Shown here one piece after another: positions 26,060 to 38,912 of a stretch of 64,000 nucleotides of DNA. The stretch lies in assembly GCA_030264375.1 (NCBI GenBank), contig JASCQW010000032.1:54898225-54962224 (forward strand). Reading direction: 5' to 3'. The DNA is from Carcharhinus longimanus (lineage: Eukaryota). The translations under genes and the position numbers were made by a program. The notes beneath the pieces are model-generated. The model was not told the DNA's origin, ran no database searches, and saw nothing but the letters and a program-made list of their open reading frames with translations. The first letter of the stretch is position 1. The number at the start of each line of letters is the position of its first letter.

Positions 26060-27410
26060 ACCCCATATCCAACTAAGGGGGTAACAGCACACAAACTTCA
26101 TGCTGCCTGCTCATCACCATGATTTGGACATGCAACCCAGCATGAAATGTACTGTTGACTTGTTGATGGTTAGCATGGATTATAACTAGCCATGCATCAC
26201 TTAAAGGCAACCCACCCCTTTTAAAGGGAAGTGCATTCATTCTGCACCAGCTTGTGGAACATTCCATGAATTACACTGAGGGAAGAGAAGGGATTACCAA
26301 TGAAGGAGCAACCAGAGAAATTGTTACCCCAGGTTCCCTGATGTGACATTGAAGGCCTTATTCTAGGAGATCAAAAGAAGATGAGGAATTTCTTAGGTCC
26401 CCAGGAGGCTCTCAAAGTATATCCTGCAAAATGAATGGGTGGTCAGGAAGGTGACTTACAGGAATCTGACCCAGAGATTTTGGTTGCAATTCCACAAAAA
26501 TTTTCAATGACCTCAAATGAGTAATCAAGGTTAATGAGTGCAATTTGCAATGCCATCCAATTGCTGGCTCAACATTGTGCCTCAATACTGCTGGAATGAC
26601 TGACTGATACAGGATGAAAGCATCGTGTCTTCTGTCAGAATAACGGACATTGACATGATTCACTGCGGTTGGTCACACCATAGACTAAAGCAATGATATT
26701 CTTCCTGATTGTGATGCATCTCCATATGAAAATATAGCATTTACAGAGCCACATGAGTAATTAATTGATGGCTCCCTGCTGCATTGAGAACCATAAAGAC
26801 CTAACAAAGCCACGTGCTAACTCCTTCTGCTTCCCTCTTATTAGGAACATGACCACGAAGTCTTCTATCCTCGCACACAGGCCTTTGTTAACTCCCTGAT
26901 GCACCAATTAATGACAAACTGGCCATGTAGCTGCCTGCTGCCTAGAAGGATCTACTTGTGTAGAAACTGAAGGCCACAGTGATTTAATGACATCATTATC
27001 CTGCTATGCAATTGCAGTTTCTGGTGAAAGCATTCAGTAACCACCTTCTTAATAAACTGTTGCTACCTACGTTTGACTGGCATGGAAACAGAAGAAGGGC
27101 TGCCTAANNNNNNNNNNNNNNNNNNNNNNNNNNNNNNNNNNNNNNNNNNNNNNNNNNNNNNNNNNNNNNNNNNNNNNNNNNNNNNNTGTCTGAACTCCAT
27201 AGGAAAGTCCTCTGAATTCTTTTTCAAAACCCAGCATCATTCTCTGCTGACAGCAACACCTTTTCAGAACTCCTCCAGCAACACTCAACACCATCACTCT
27301 GCAGCAGTCAACTTCTGTCGTTTGAAACCTCTCTCCTGTGCACCTGTTACCCTGGATTTCAAATTAACCCCATTTACTCCAGTGACTGTTGGGGGGAAAA
27401 ATTACTAAGT
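26060..27410 (+). mobile_element. Harbinger/PIF transposon relic with Myb/SANT-like gene remnant
   Basis: 26327-26530 reads PRFPDVTLKALF*EIKRR ... KIFNDLK*VIK, resembling RAPRFSD.LE.L / QCRKKFNDL. Confidence 0.6.
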
Positions 27411-28035
27411 GCAAAATTAAGCTCTGTAACGCTGGTGATGGCAGGTGTTGTGATACGATGTACATCTATTTTTAAGAAGGCGTATCTTAAACTGATGTCA
27501 ATCACTGCCACCAAGAAAGGTTGTGAAAGGATCTCCCCTGACTGTACTCAGAATACAGCAATACGTGGCTACACGGTCTCTCGGTTTACACGATGCATAT
27601 AGTTTTATCTTCTGACATTTTTTTACCAATTCCTATAGTATGATTGGCATGTCAGTGTTGAATAGAAGATTTATCAAATGGCAGTGTAGTTTTTGAAGGT
27701 TTGATTGAGATGCATAATCATCTTCAAACCTTTCACTTGCATCAGAAGAACTGATGTGGAAGTGAGACAACAGTTAAGTTCTAACTCACGCTGTGTAAGT
27801 TATTGTGCAGAAGTGGAGGGATGCTACATACGTAGTTTCATTCTGGGATATCATAACTCACTCCAGCCAGTCAGCACCAGGTTCTAGTAATATTGTTCAA
27901 ATTTTGGGGAGCTTAATTGGAATAAGCCTACCTGCTGCAAAGTTAAATAATTAATGAATCAATACTGGAGGATCTGGCTCCAATCAGAACTCCAAAGAGT
28001 GAGGAATTTGTTGCTGCTGCTTCGTATCCCCTCAG

Positions 28036-28110
28036 TGAGAAGTCTCACAGCACCAGGTTAAAGTCCAACAGGTTTATTTGGAATCAAAGCTTTCAGAGTG
28101 CTGCTCCCAG
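28036..28110 (-). mobile_element. Penelope-like terminus with hammerhead core deleted
   Basis: Reverse complement of ggagcagcactctgaaagc..caaataaacctgttggactttaacctggtg. Confidence 0.75.
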
Positions 28111-28621
28111 GATGGAGACATCTCCACCTCATACTATCCCTTCAGGAGGTGGATGGGGTGGAACACTGGGACATGGGGGGAGTGCTTAAACTTCGGGAAC
28201 TGGCCTGGAAAGAATAGTCCACTCAGTAATAGCTCCCAAAAACTCCTAATAGCCAGAGAAAGCTACAATTATTACTTTTTTGCTCTTTAAGATTTCCCTT
28301 TGGACCCTTCCATTTTCATGCCAAAAATCTATATTTTGTGAACAGAGCTTCAGTGAGCACAGGAAAGCAGAAACAGTCCAACAGTACCAACTATGACAAG
28401 ACAGTTCACAAGCTGTTCAACAGAGGTACAGCAAATCAGAAAGCTGCAGAAAAACCATTTGGGCCACCAAATGCATGAATATTTATTCCCCTTCCAGATG
28501 ATTTTAATAATCCAGCAAAAAGGATGACTACAACATTTCTAACACTCCATTAATAGGCAATGGAACTCCTGTCTGAGGTTATTTTATTCCGATAATGTGT
28601 AAGGCTAGGTTTTCTTGGCCT

Positions 28622-28697
28622 CAATATTTCTAAACCAGACAAACGACCGGCAATATTTCCAAACAACCTGCAATATTTCCAAACCAGACAAACAACC
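28622..28697 (+). repeat. Irregular short tandem repeat
   Basis: Three caatatttcYaaac units, two of them followed by cagacaaac. Confidence 0.75.
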
Positions 28698-29264
28698 ATA
28701 AGCAATGAAGATCTCTACAGATTGAACACATCAGGACTGTCAGGTGATGACCTTAAAAATCCAGATAAAATATGGTCAACAATCAAAGTTCAATTATGAG
28801 TAAAGCTCAACTTCCATATGCACAGTGCTGAATCCATGCCTTTTTGGCAAGTATCAATAGAGACCAGGCTGGCCAGTGCACCGAGCATCTGTGTATGCAT
28901 TTCCATCAGTGATCTCCCATATGCCACTTCATCAAAGTTCACATTGGAATTCTAACTGAAGGTCTAATCTGAGACCTCACCCTTCAGGAGCTGCTGTACT
29001 TGGTATGCTTTTCCCTGGCCCTGCTGCAGTTCCCTCATGCTCAGTGATTTACCAGTGTGAGAGATTAGTGGTGCAGTGATCATGACGCATCATTGGAAAC
29101 TGCATTCACTGACCTTAATCACTGAATAGTATAAAGGTGTTCGGCATAGCCAGAGTTAATGTGTGACTGGGTGAAAAATATACCCACATTGTGATATAGT
29201 GAGACACTTGATGATAGACTGCATGTAGAGAGAGTTTGAGAGGAATTGGCATAATGATAGCACT

Positions 29265-29702
29265 TAGAGTCATAGAGGTTTACACCATGGAATCATGTCC
29301 TTCGGTTCAACTCATCCATGCCGCCCCTTTTTTTAAGCAACTCAGTTAGTTCCAATTGCCTGTGTTTGGCCCATATCCCTCTATACCCATCCTACCCATC
29401 TAATTGTCTAAATGCTTTTTAAAAGACAAACTGTACCTGCCTGTACTATTTATTATCTCTGGCAGCTTGTTCCAGACACTCACCAATCCCTGTATAAAAA
29501 AATTGCTCCTCTGGACCCTTTTGTATTTGTCCCTTCTCACCCCTTTCAAACTGTGCCCTCTAGTTTTAGACTCCCCTACATTTGGGAAAAGATATTGACT
29601 ATCTCACTGATCCAGGCCTCTCATTATTTTATAGACCTCTGTAAGATCACCCCTAAGCCTCCTATGCTCCAGAGAAAAAAGTCCCAGTCTATCCAGACTC
29701 TA
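29265..29702 (-). mobile_element. CR1 LINE 3' end inserted in the LTR
   Basis: Reverse complement of the same family as 60299-60515. Confidence 0.9.
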
Positions 29703-30699
29703 TAGAGGCTGGATAGACTGGGACTTAAATAGAACAATAATTTGGAGGTATCTATAAAGTTGTGTGTTAACAATAAGTAGTTTAAGTTCAATTGCATGAG
29801 CCTCCAGACCTCTTAGTGAGATGCCAAACAATCTTACAACATGATGGCAGCTGATGAATGGACCCAGAACCCCAGAGAAGCTGGGAAAGGACCCAAAATC
29901 TGAAAACCTGGAGGAACGGTATCCTGACCTGACTGAAATGTACCTGAACTGAAAATAGAGCTGGAGCTTACCTTAAAAGAAGCTCCACTAAAGATGTGAA
30001 AGTTGGAAGGGTAGAAGAAAAAATCCATGGTGCAGCTAAAAGGACTTCACTGGAGAACGTGGAGATCTATTGTGAGTCCCCATCGATTGGAGAGTCAACG
30101 GATCTAATCAAATCGCAAGGGTGAACGAAAAAATAAATCCAGTACAAAGGCTAAGCTAGTCTTTTGCAGAATTCAGGGCATTGCCCAGGCAATGCAATAT
30201 GTTTCTTTAATGAACATGGCCAGCCAACCTGGGTCCAGACTTGGCACCAGACCGTGTAGCAGCAGAGCACCTTTCAAAATAAAAGCCGTTGTGCAATTTC
30301 AGAGCCAGGAGTCACCTTTTAATTGGCTTATAATTCCCCAAAGCTTTTTATTTGAAGATTTGCAACAAAAAAATCAATCCCTTTGCAATCAGGCCCATGA
30401 TCGCCACAAGAACACATCAAAACCCAACAAGAGTGGGATAAAACAGACACAACATTTAAAATTATACTCTCCTGTTCTGAAAAACAGTCAGGGGTAATAA
30501 ATCAACCTGACCAGATCAATTTGGGCAGATACAAGTACCAGACCAGGTGCAGAATTGGGGGTTTTGGTGAAAATGATTTTCACGATACGTGACAGCTTCA
30601 GAATAAAGACAGAGACTGAACAAATGAATCCACCACTGTACTGACAGGTCCGAAAGCCAATGAACTCATTACTAATTACTCATATAGTTGCAACCACAC

Positions 30700-30925
30700 T
30701 TCACTACTTTTTTTTCTCTATTCCTTGAGCAATAAATACCAAAATTCCATTTGCTTGCTGTACCTAAATACAAGTTTTCTGTGATTCATGCATGAGGACA
30801 CACAGATCTCTCTGTACTGAAGCACTCTGAAGTCTCTCTCCATTTGAATAATCAGTTGCCTTTCTGTTTTTCCAACCAAATTGGGTAACCATACACTTAT
30901 CTACGTTAAACTCCATCTGCCAAGT
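30700..30925 (-). mobile_element. CR1 RT fragment
   Basis: - strand WQMEFNVDKC motif. Confidence 0.75.
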
Positions 30926-31554
30926 TGCAGACATTGCGCAGGTGTAGAGCAGGAAGGCTTCACTGTGATGGAGGATCTGCTAATATATATTAAGCGGTTA
31001 GTCATTCCAGTCTCCCTTCAGCCAGAAATTCTTCAAAGAATCCATCAAGACCACTTGGGCATTACAAAGAGCAGAGGCTGGGCCTAGTCTGCAGTGGGGT
31101 GGCTGAGACTATCAAGGACAATTGAAGGTACCATCTCAAGCTGCACAAGTTAGTCCAGAGGGAGTCTGTTATCCTTACACAATTCCCTGCTGGACTAGGG
31201 GAATGGTTGGGAATGGATTCATTCATGTTTAATGGCAGCTCCTTCCTCAATATAGTTTATTATTTATCCTGATGGAAATGAAGCAGGTATACATGATAAC
31301 CACAAAAATAGTTGATAGATCTTTGAAGTAAGTGTTTGTGACCCATGGCATCCTGGACCAGGTAAAGTTTGATAATGGGATTGGCAGTCAAGCACTACTG
31401 AAAGGTTTAGGAGTAAGATCATTCAGATAGGCAGACACAGGCTACAATAAGAGATACTACACCAGAAACCTGCCCCAATTACACAAAGGTGTCAAAGTTT
31501 ATGATGAGGCAGTTTGCACCTCAAATCTANNNNNNNNNNNNNNNNNNNNNNNNC

Positions 31555-32780
31555 CTTGCTTGATATTCCATAGAGGTGGACACTGTCTCCATGGTAGACA
31601 TCCTCTCAATTCTCTGCACCAGTGATCAAGTTCACTCCTCCACTCTCTCCACTATCTTGGAAACTGTGAGTGGCATTTTTATCGGTACCTGGAGAAGTTG
31701 CTGATGCCCCTCTGGCATTGTACTTCTCAACAACTATTCTCAAGGTTCAGGTATTGTGTTCAACCAAGTAAAGCTCAGAGGGGTATGCAACCTGACAGGG
31801 ACTCTCCACAGTTCTCTCTGCCACCTGCCTCTTCTTGTGCTCACTTGCCAGGTCAAAGCCCAACGACTGTCTAATTGTGTCCACTGAAGTGTGAGTATTT
31901 GAGTCGCTGCATGGCTGTGGGTCCTATGATGGAATAAGTCCTCTGAGGAATCATCCTCTTCCATGGCCAGTGACATTTGCTGCAGATATCAAAGTCCTAG
32001 TAGACAAAAGAAAGGAAGGTGAATTACTTGTGGCAAAGTCACAAACATTGCAGTCACCAAGCTCAGTCTTCTCACATTTCATTCATTGATTAAATGAAAT
32101 CAACAAACATGAGTCAAAAATAGTTGTAATTCTATCACCAACTCTCTGCAAGCTCTCTGCCTCTTCATCTCCGACTGAGAGAGACAAAGATGTGTCACCT
32201 CTTTCCTCAGCAGCCAGCACTGTCAGAGCCCACCTTCAGCCCCTGTCCATCCCACTTACATTTTACACTTTCTTGTCCTATGAAGTGTGAAAAAAAACAG
32301 ACATCTGAATAAATGAAGGTCAATATTTACCCAATGGATGCAGTTTATTCAGCAAATGTGGGTATGAAACAGATGCATCACATAAGGCTTGGCATGAGTG
32401 TCAACAGTGGATGGATAATGAGCAAGTGATGAAGTGCTTAGAAGTTGAAAGCTGAATGTTGCTGAAAATTTACTGGGTGTGAGGAGTAATGTGATGAACA
32501 TTTAGCAAGACACAGTACAGAGGGGAGGCTGAAAGTGCAGAATGTGGATGAATCAATACTGTGCACTAATTTTTCTGATCTGTTTAGGACATTAAATAAG
32601 TTTGCACAGTGTATCCAATACTCAGTGCTTCATGTTCACCTTCCTGGTTACCTCCAGCTTTGAGAACTGCAGGTTTCTTTGTCTCATTGCAAGGTAAAAA
32701 CTATGTCCCGCTTGCAACCAGCAAGAGGAGCATCACTGAATCTGGGTGCTTCCCTTTCTCTTTAGGCATCTATTCTAAAC
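31555..32780 (-). mobile_element. Harbinger relic (Myb-like gene remnant)
   Basis: - strand ~32570-32620 WIHCANLFNVLNRSE, resembling WxQCRKxFNDLxR; similar to 43.0-44.4 kb. Confidence 0.45.
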
Positions 32781-32785
32781 ACCAA

Positions 32786-33168
32786 GGGGCAGCATGGTGG
32801 CAGAGTAGTCAGTCAGCACAGTGGCACAGTGGTTAGCACTGCTGCCTCACAGTGCTAGAGATCGAGTTCAATTTCGACCGTGTGTGAATGTCTGTATGGA
32901 GTTTGTACATTTTCCTGGTGTCTGTGTGGATTTCCTCTGGATGCACCAGTTTCCTCCCACAGTCCAAAGATGTGCAGGTTAGGTTAGGTGGACTGCCCAT
33001 GTTAAATCATCCCATAGTGTCCCAAGATGTGTAGGTTAGGGAGATTATTGGGGTAAATGCGTGGGGTTGTGGGGATATGGCAGGGAGTGGGCCTGGGTAA
33101 GATGCTCTGTGGAAGAGTTGGTGGAGGCTCGATGGGCCGAATGACCTCCTTCTGCGCTGTAGGGGTTC
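32786..33168 (+). mobile_element. HE1-type SINE, tail type A, with partly duplicated head
   Basis: gcagcatggtggcagagt then cagcacagtggcacagtggttagc; tail gatgggccgaatgacctccttctgcgctgta. Confidence 0.92.
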
Positions 33169-33906
33169 CACAACCTCCAGTTTTCTCCAAATGTCATTTC
33201 TCAATTGGCCTTTTCGAGAGTGGGCCCCTGATCACATGTTTCTCTGCAGCACACCTGATGTACAGTATAGAAGCTTAAAACCTGGATGTTAGCATTTATT
33301 ACCTCAGTCGATGTTGACGTTGAAAGTCAGCACTGATGACTATTGAGTTTTTGCACAATTCCTTGACACCCACCACACCATTCCCCCTACAGCTCAGAAT
33401 CCACCTTTCAATTAATATTGAAGCTACTAATTGCACCATTTATATTCAACATATCACTATGTTTGCCATATCAGCAGTGGTGTAACCAGGGTATTTGCTT
33501 CATATACCCTCAAATCATCACGTGTACCAGATATGTTCTCAATGTGACATTGACAGCGCAGGAAGATAGGGAGAAATCAGGCACCAGGTGCCTCCTGATA
33601 TTATATCAGGCCATTAATAGCACTAGAAAGAAAATAAAGCAATCAACCTGGATATATTAATGAGCTGAAAGGGTCCTCTCCAAACACAGGGGCAACACTG
33701 CAGGAATGAGAATTAATCTCGAAAATACAGACACTCTTACAGTAATGTAATCATTTCCAATCATTCCAATAGCAGACTTAATACCAATAATAATGACATT
33801 TTGAAATTTCAATGATATAAATATGAATAAGATTTTATTTACATTAATAAACACATTGTGGTCAAAGCCGCAATTTCATTGTGTCTGACCATGTATTTTA
33901 TAAAAA

Positions 33907-33924
33907 GTCCACCAGATGGCACCA
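33907..33924 (+). promoter_or_regulatory. Candidate CTCF site
   Basis: GTCCACCAGATGGCACCA in TE-free AT-rich DNA. Confidence 0.55.
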
Positions 33925-34631
33925 CGGGCTTAATTGAAAACTTTTTTTAATTTTTCGCCTGCATTTGTTGACAAAATGCCATTGTGATTGTCAGACAAGA
34001 AAATGATTACTTTTAACTCAGAACAATATTCAGCTCAATGCCTTTCATTTCCTTCTCATTAATGTTTAAGTTGCAATAACAATAATATATTTACTAAAGA
34101 GCTCCTCGTTTTGTTATTGTGCTTAGGAAGCCGTCATATTTAATGAAAAGCTTATTAAACAGAAGGGAAGGCTATTGTTAGGACTGCTCAAAATAGAAAC
34201 TACCACACTCGTTCTCACTAATAGGAGTGCAGCATAATTGTGAGCAGGTTGCAATGTAAGGAAAATGTAGTGACTACATCTAATGATCTCAGGCCATTAA
34301 CTCATTGATTGTTTGGTGCTTTCAAAAATACGGAGGCCAATTTTGGCTCAGTTTTTACATGGAAATGGGATGATAGTGCATGGAAAATGCCAGTGCTCTA
34401 CTTATGGCTCCTTTTTCCCATCCAACCCGAAAGCCCCCCAACCTCTCCAAGCACTACTATACTCCACTGCCGCAACCACTGCAAGGATAAGCAATCCACC
34501 TGATCAGTCCTACCTCCTTCTCACCTCCCTCATACAGCAATACCAAGTCTTAAGTATTTTTTTCTGGGGCAGGAGACCTCCCAGTGAGTTTTCAGATTTA
34601 TCTGAAGGGTTTCTTAAGTTTAAATTTGAAA

Positions 34632-35129
34632 TCATTTATTAGTGTCACAAGTAGACTTACGTTAACGCTGCGATGAAGCTACTACAAAAATCCCCTAGTC
34701 ACCACACTCCAGCGTCTGTTCGGGTACACTGAGGGAGAATTTGGCTTGACCACTCCACCTAACCAGCACATCTTTCAGACTGTGGGAGGAAACCAGAGCA
34801 CCCAGAGGACACCCATGTAGACACGGGGGGAATGTGCAGATTCCGCACAGGCAGACACCCAAGCTGGGAATTGAACCCAAGTCCCTGGTGCTGTGAGNNN
34901 NNNNNNNNNNNNNNNNNNNNNNNNNNNNNNNNNNNNNNNNNNNNNNNNNNNNNNNNNNNNNNNNNNNNNNNNNNNNNNNNNNNNNNNNNNNNNNNNNTAG
35001 TCTAACCGATTTATTTGATAATATTATCAAATTATCTATTATCAAATAAATCGGTTGGACTAAAACCTGGTGTTGTCAGACTTTTTGCTGTGAGGCAGCA
35101 GTGCTAACCACTGTGCCACCGTGCCGCCA
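34632..35129 (-). mobile_element. V-SINE, tail type B, interrupted by an inverted Penelope pair
   Basis: SINE head is split at gctgtgag (34890-34897 and 35087-35094). Confidence 0.88.
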
Positions 35130-35941
35130 GCCTGATTAGGTGAAAGGATGAAGGTATCTACGTCCCATCAAATGACACCACCGGATCAATTCTGATGGAA
35201 AGAAGATGACAAATGGCAAGTTAAGACAAATTTTTTCTTACGCAACATGTATCTTTAGGATATCATTTACTTTTACATGAAAAGTTGGGCAGGTTTTTGA
35301 GCAGCAACTACTTCTGCAAACTCTGCCTTCCTTTAAATACAACCCCCCTTGAAAAATGAAGGTTTTGATCAGGAATTGAATGATATTTTAATCATTGGTC
35401 TGCATCAGGCCACCAGAATCACACTGTGTTCTGTCTTCATAAAAAAAACGTATGAAATGAAAAGGATCCATCAAGTTCAGTTATTTCATTCAAATGGAAT
35501 CTCATGCCTCCTGCTACTTCAGCTTAAATTGAGCTGGACACAATGCAATCAATAACAATAGTTCAAAGTGCAGGCACAAGTGTAGCTTTTTGAGCCAATT
35601 GCACTTTGTCAAGGTCTCGAAGGCTCTGATACACAAGCGTGATGTTTGATTTTAACACCCCACCCTGTGCCCAAACAATTGTGGAATTTTAAGCACAAAT
35701 GGTATTGAATGCAACTCAAAGTTCCACCACCTTTTGGGCTTGTTTCACAATAAAAGCATTACACTGGAGGCAGATCGTGAACACAAAATTGGCTTCATCA
35801 CTGAGGTGAATTAATCACCATTGGAGATACCCTCTGATGCTGCTGCTTATTTGCCAGTCTTCAAGATGTTCCAAAGAATAAGTTGCAACTTCAGGGTTCA
35901 AAAACTCAAATAGGTATGTTTCCAAAGGCCCTGAATTATTT

Positions 35942-36192
35942 AATAAAAGCAAGTTTTTGCGAATGCTGGAATCTGAAACCAAAAGATAAAATGCTGGAAA
36001 ATCTCAGCAGGTTTGGCAGCATCTGTAGGGAGAGAAAAGAGCTGATGTTTCAAGTTCAGGTGACCCTTTGTCAAAGATGCTGGACAGGCTTTGACAAAGG
36101 GTCATCTGGACTCAGAAAAAAAAAACTCTTTTTTCTCCTTACAGATGCTGCCAGGCCTGCTGGGATTTGCCAGTGCTTCCTCATTTTGACGT
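35942..36192. mobile_element. Inverted pair of Penelope-like termini with 10-bp TSD
   Basis: tgaccctttgtcaaag / ctttgacaaagggtca arms; tgaattattt at 35932-35941 and 36193-36202. Confidence 0.85.
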
Positions 36193-36244
36193 TGAATTAT
36201 TTTCTTTTAACTTATTAGGGAAATAACTAAGGCAACCCATTTGA

Positions 36245-36386
36245 AACAGAAAACAAAATCAGAACGCTGCTGATGTTGGAAATCTTAAATACAAACAAAA
36301 AGCGCTGGAAATACTCAGCATGTTATGGAACATCTGAGGAGAGAAACAAAGTTAACGTTTCAGGCTTGCGACCTTTATTTCGAATT
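36245..36386 (-). mobile_element. Older Penelope-like terminus
   Basis: gctggaaatactcagca..gttaacgtttcagg..gacctt; degenerate hammerhead on the - strand. Confidence 0.65.
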
Positions 36387-36460
36387 AGAAAATAGTATTT
36401 TTTACAGAGATTTTCTATAATTTAAAATCAGGCTCGTCACAGATGGTGGATTGATGGTGT

Positions 36461-37052
36461 GGCTGGAATTTTACCGGTTCAGTAATGCCAGGCTAGAAAT
36501 CTTGGGAAGACTCCATCATTTGCCAGTCCTTGCCACATTTACTGGGGGACCGGCAATTAACCAGTTGCCATTGGGACTGCTTCCCTTTAAAGGTAGACCG
36601 CTTGGACTGATGGCTGCTGCTCGGACAACATCCAGAAGGGGAGGACACCTTAAAGGCTGCCATCCTCCCAACCAAGTAAGCTGGGGAGAAGAAGAGGCTA
36701 GAGTGGAGGGAGGTAGAAGAATCAGGGTCCCAAGGAAGGAAGGGGGATTTGTGAGAGCCATTGGAAAAGAAGATGCCCTTTGTGGGCTTGAGAACACCCA
36801 AAAAGAGTAACCGTGCCTGACTGGAGGCTGCCATGTGGTAAACTCACTGATGGCAAAATGCCAGTGGTGACAAGAAGAGGTTCAACTGGGTCTGGGCAGG
36901 AAGGTCTCCATTTTCCCACCACTGTAAAATGGCATGGCGGCAGGAGACAACTGCCAATTCACCCCTATAATTGTGGTCAGTTTACAATGCCTGCACCACC
37001 CTCTCTCCACCAAGTCTCGGCCCGTTCCCAGAAGGCTGATTAAAATCCAGCC
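36461..37052. mobile_element. MITE, Harbinger-like
   Basis: TIRs ggctggaatttta / taaaatccagcc. Confidence 0.65.
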
Positions 37053-37265
37053 CAAAGATTTAAAATGCTTATTTTTCATCATAAACATTCAATTCAACGA
37101 ACCAAAGACCAAATGAGCAAATGCAATCTTACATGGCCACCTTAAAACTATCAGCAAAGAAATCTACTTTTGGAATTCTCATTGAAGACCTAATCAGGGA
37201 TTAAGTAGTTTGTGGAATACATATTGCGAGTTAGTCCACATGCAGCTGCTTTGTGGAAAAGTCTT

Positions 37266-37402
37266 TGGCCAGATTTCCGCAATGTCATACACCCTACTCC
37301 TGCTGCGAATTAGAACGGAGAATTTGGCACTCAGCCGAATCTCCATTCACTGCAGCAGACCCAGAGAATCTCAGCCGTGGGCAGAGTCAGAGAATTCCAG
37401 CC
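37266..37402. mobile_element. Short MITE (family of 5082)
   Basis: ggagaatttggcactcagccgaatctccattca and end agaattccagcc. Confidence 0.6.
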
Positions 37403-38286
37403 TTAACGTTAAAAGTGGCCATCAATATCTGTATATTAAATGAACAATGAGAGAAACAAAGCAGAGATTTTAGGCAGGAAACTGAGGTATTCGCACCATT
37501 TCAGTCATCTGACNNNNNNNNNNACCTATGGCACCTGCACCCTGAACCAGCAGACCTGTGGACTCCTACAGAGCCCAGTGCAGTGCATGCTGCACCTGAC
37601 AAACACACAAATGAAATGTCCCATGTTGCTAACAATGAGGGCACTGACCACAGAAATATTGTGATCACATGATCCGGGTGTCTGAACATGCTGAACACAA
37701 GAGTCTAGGATTTTATTATCACTTAGTCTAGAACTGACTTGTAAAGTTCAGTTTTCTCTCCAACAATAAAGGGGAGGGGAGGAGATGTGATGGGCTATAC
37801 ATCATTTGCTACAGCCTAATCCTGCCTCAATATATATGTAAATCATTATGCATTGTCAATTTGTTTAATTGTATGCCATACAATGATTTGTGCAGTTGCC
37901 TCTCACTGGGTGTTCCAGCTAAACAGGAAAGATGTAGACTACATGGTTATGTGAGAAAGCAATGATGCAGCCTGACAAGAGAAGGAGTGTGGATGCTATC
38001 CCCGCGAGTGCAGGCAAAGCACAAGTGTATATAGCTGTTGAGTTTCGGAACAAACTACCTGTGTTGGAAGTCCTTGTTATCTGCGAGTTAAGCAACCCAC
38101 AACATTCTACATCAAGTTAGAGCACTTAAATTTCAAGCAGGAACATTTTTAATGATTTTAAAAACATTTCAAAAATCTAATTCCACATGAAATCGTCAAA
38201 AGATTGGACCCTACATTCCAAACAAATCTCGGAATTCAAGTGAATTTGGAATGCCATTTGTGCCGGTTGCAAAACTTCCTATAGAT

Positions 38287-38912
38287 ATTTATTATTTATT
38301 TTTATCAGTGTCTACAAGTAGGTTTACATTAACACTGCAATGAAGTTACAGTGAAAATCCCCAAGTTGCCATACTCTGGCGCCTGTTCGGGTACACTGAG
38401 GGACAATTTAACACGGCCTAATGCACCCTAACCAGCACATCTTTCAAACTGTGGGAGGAAACGAGAGCACCCAGAGGAAACCCACTGAGATACGAGGAGA
38501 ATATGCAGACTCCATACAGACAGTGACCCGAGCCGGGAATGGAACCCGGGTCCCTGGCACTGTGAGGCAGCAGCGCTAACCCGCTGTGTCACCGGGAATG
38601 GAACCCGGGTCCCTGGCGCTGTGAGGCAGCAGCGCTNNNNNNNNNNNNNNNNNNNNNNNNNNNNNNNNNNNNNNNNNNNNNNNNNNNNNNNNNNNNNNNN
38701 NNNNNNNNNNNNNNNNNNNNNNNNNNNNNNNNNNNNTACAAGTAGGTTTACATTAACACTGGAATGAAGTTACAGTGAAAATCCCCAAGTTGCCACATTC
38801 CGGCATCTGTTTGGGTACATTGAGGTAAATTTAGCATGGTCAATGTATCTAACCAGCACGTTTTTCAGGTTGTGGGAGGAAACCGGAGCACCAGGTGGAA
38901 ACCCACACAGAC
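38287..38912 (-). mobile_element. Two tandem V-SINEs, tail type B, separated by a 100-N gap
   Basis: Copies at 38287-38636 (head segment repeated) and 38737-38912. Confidence 0.85.

Larger units (their letters stand above)
29056..31530 (+). mobile_element. Second decayed Gypsy element: LTR ~29056-29841, tRNA-Leu-type PBS 29842-29851, integrase remnant 30930-31500
   Basis: TG..CA block with TATAAA, then TGATGGCAGC (cf. TGGTGGCAGC). RLVIPVSLQPEILQRIHQDHLGITK is integrase Zn-finger-like; THGIxDxVxxDNG follows. Two CR1 insertions lie inside. Confidence 0.7.

Noticed and set aside
28622-28697. Repeat-spacer-like pattern resembling a mini CRISPR
   Set aside because: Units are 20-28 bp slippage duplications without unique spacers; eukaryotic DNA with no cas genes.
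38533-38636. ~45-bp tandem duplication in a SINE head and apparent SINE dimer
   Set aside because: Abuts a 100-N placeholder gap and could be a contig-end artefact.
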